From IMG/VR virus record IMGVR_UViG_3300000318_000002, positions 20,814 to 84,813 of that record: 64,000 nucleotides of DNA; one strand, given 5' to 3'. This document shows, piece after piece, positions 62,901 to 64,000 of this stretch. The notes under the pieces are model-generated. The model had not been told where the DNA came from, searched no databases, and saw only the letters and a list, made by a program, of their open reading frames with translations. Both the position numbers and the translations under genes were made by a program. The stretch's first letter is position 1, and every line of letters starts with the position of its first letter. Source of the DNA: a virus.

Positions 62901-64000
62901 ATGGCTAAAGATTTAAGAACAGTGAATATGGTAGACGGACAATTGATTGAAGCAAAAAAAGTGCTTAAAAGAATTGGAGATGTTGGTTATAGAGACCTCG
63001 GAGTATTATCTAAAATAGGACTTTTTGATACCGGGAAAGTATTAATCACAAGCGGTCTTCGGGTTGTTGCTTCATCAGGGATGACAATATCCGTGGGACT
63101 TGGGAAAGGGATGCAACGACTTTCTGATTCTGCTGATATTCTACCTTTTATTCAATTGACCGATCAAACAGTAACTGTTTCGGCTTCAGACGGAACCGCA
63201 AGAACTGACATTATCGAAGCGCAAGTAATAGCAACCGAAGACAAAAACGATTATTCAGATGTAGTCCTTGACTCTGATACCGGAACAATAACAACGGCAG
63301 CGGTAAAACGAGATATAAAATATTCTTTATCGGTACGTGCTCAAAAGGGGACTATAACTCCCACAGCAGGTACTGCCGGGGTATTAACCGGAACAATATC
63401 AATTCCAAGTTCTATTAACCTTTCACTTTTATATTTGTTAAACATTGCAGACGGAGAAGATGGCTCATTTCAAGAAATAGATTTACGCGGTGCTGATCCT
63501 TCCGCAACAACAAAAGCCGAAATAATTTCTAAAATCAATACTGCAATTGGGAGAACCATAGCGTCTATCAGTGGTAATTATATTGTTTTGACGGGATATT
63601 TGACAGGAGTATCAAGTAAGTTCGAGATAAAGCCACCGGTTTCAGATTCTTCCCTTGACGCTTTTGAGACTGTTTTTGGTGTAGTAGGAAGTGGCGAATA
63701 TGATTATACTTATGCTGGTACAAATGAATGGTTTAAACTATCCGAAATAGATGTTGGAGCATCGTCTTCGTCTATCACTACAGGGATGATTCGTAATGTT
63801 GACCAAAAATCAACATGGGGAAGTGAAGCTACAAATACCCTCCTTGCAAATGCATTATTTGATTCAGGAGGTTCCCATGTCGCTCTTGCAGATGTTGCGA
63901 CAAATGCATTGGCATGTTCAGGGAATTCGGCTACGGCTACAAGTGCGACAAATGCATTGGCATGTTCAGGGAATTCGGCTACGGCTACAAGTGCGACAAA
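62901..64000 (+). CDS. tail fibre / baseplate-attached protein, partial (runs off the window edge)
   Basis: AAGGA RBS, MAKDLRTVNM...SGLRVVASSGMTISV; GNSATATS repeats at the window end; position after the wedge genes. Confidence 0.75.
   Translation, partial: MAKDLRTVNMVDGQLIEAKKVLKRIGDVGYRDLGVLSKIGLFDTGKVLITSGLRVVASSGMTISVGLGKGMQRLSDSADILPFIQLTDQTVTVSASDGTARTDIIEAQVIATEDKNDYSDVVLDSDTGTITTAAVKRDIKYSLSVRAQKGTITPTAGTAGVLTGTISIPSSINLSLLYLLNIADGEDGSFQEIDLRGADPSATTKAEIISKINTAIGRTIASISGNYIVLTGYLTGVSSKFEIKPPVSDSSLDAFETVFGVVGSGEYDYTYAGTNEWFKLSEIDVGASSSSITTGMIRNVDQKSTWGSEATNTLLANALFDSGGSHVALADVATNALACSGNSATATSATNALACSGNSATATSAT
63897..64000 (+). repeat. 48-bp perfect tandem repeat encoding ATNALACSGNSATATS
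   Basis: Two identical units (63897-63944, 63945-63992) and the start of a third. Confidence 0.9.

Noticed and set aside
1-64000. Genome-wide stop-codon reassignment
   Set aside because: Long structural genes are uninterrupted in code 11, and TAG, TGA and TAA all end genes; only one in-frame TAG was noticed.

Overview
The window is a 64-kb piece of an AT-rich, tailed dsDNA phage genome with a contractile tail. Its head and tail module is SPO1/herelle-like; a spirochaete-like host is only weakly suggested, by one lipobox. Bases 1-8.2 kb are mostly minus-strand accessory and metabolic genes: partial RtcB RNA ligase, metallophosphoesterase, guanylate-kinase-like protein, SLT transglycosylase, C5 methyltransferase, tyrosine recombinase (plus strand), Bro-N and RHH. 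A ~1-kb non-coding strand-switch region follows, with a 51-bp palindrome and a mirror-symmetric iteron array (probable origin). The plus strand then runs through RusA, an antirepressor, the small terminase, an LbH repeat protein, ThyX, the large terminase, a small-gene island, portal and a MuF-like protein. An inverted accessory cassette carries tRNA-Gln and an aberrant tRNA-like RNA. After it come three ~1000-aa multidomain 'polyvalent' proteins, prohead protease, scaffold, major capsid, neck, sheath, tube, chaperones, tape measure, baseplate and the start of a fibre gene. The best candidate for an undescribed system is the three large proteins. They read as head-packaged polyproteins: their cargo domains (ART-like, pyrophosphatase-like, HAD nucleotidase, zincin peptidases, small repeated domains) are mostly bounded by the same [LM]-x-K-[AS] motif found in scaffold, capsid, protease, portal and MuF. 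Four of these sites are followed by a conserved KARITKY.R..P..KG...Y.Y leader that may be a capsid-loading tag. The protease also carries a 23/28-identical copy of the capsid's N-terminal maturation segment. All product calls come from motif recognition by eye; no database searches were run.
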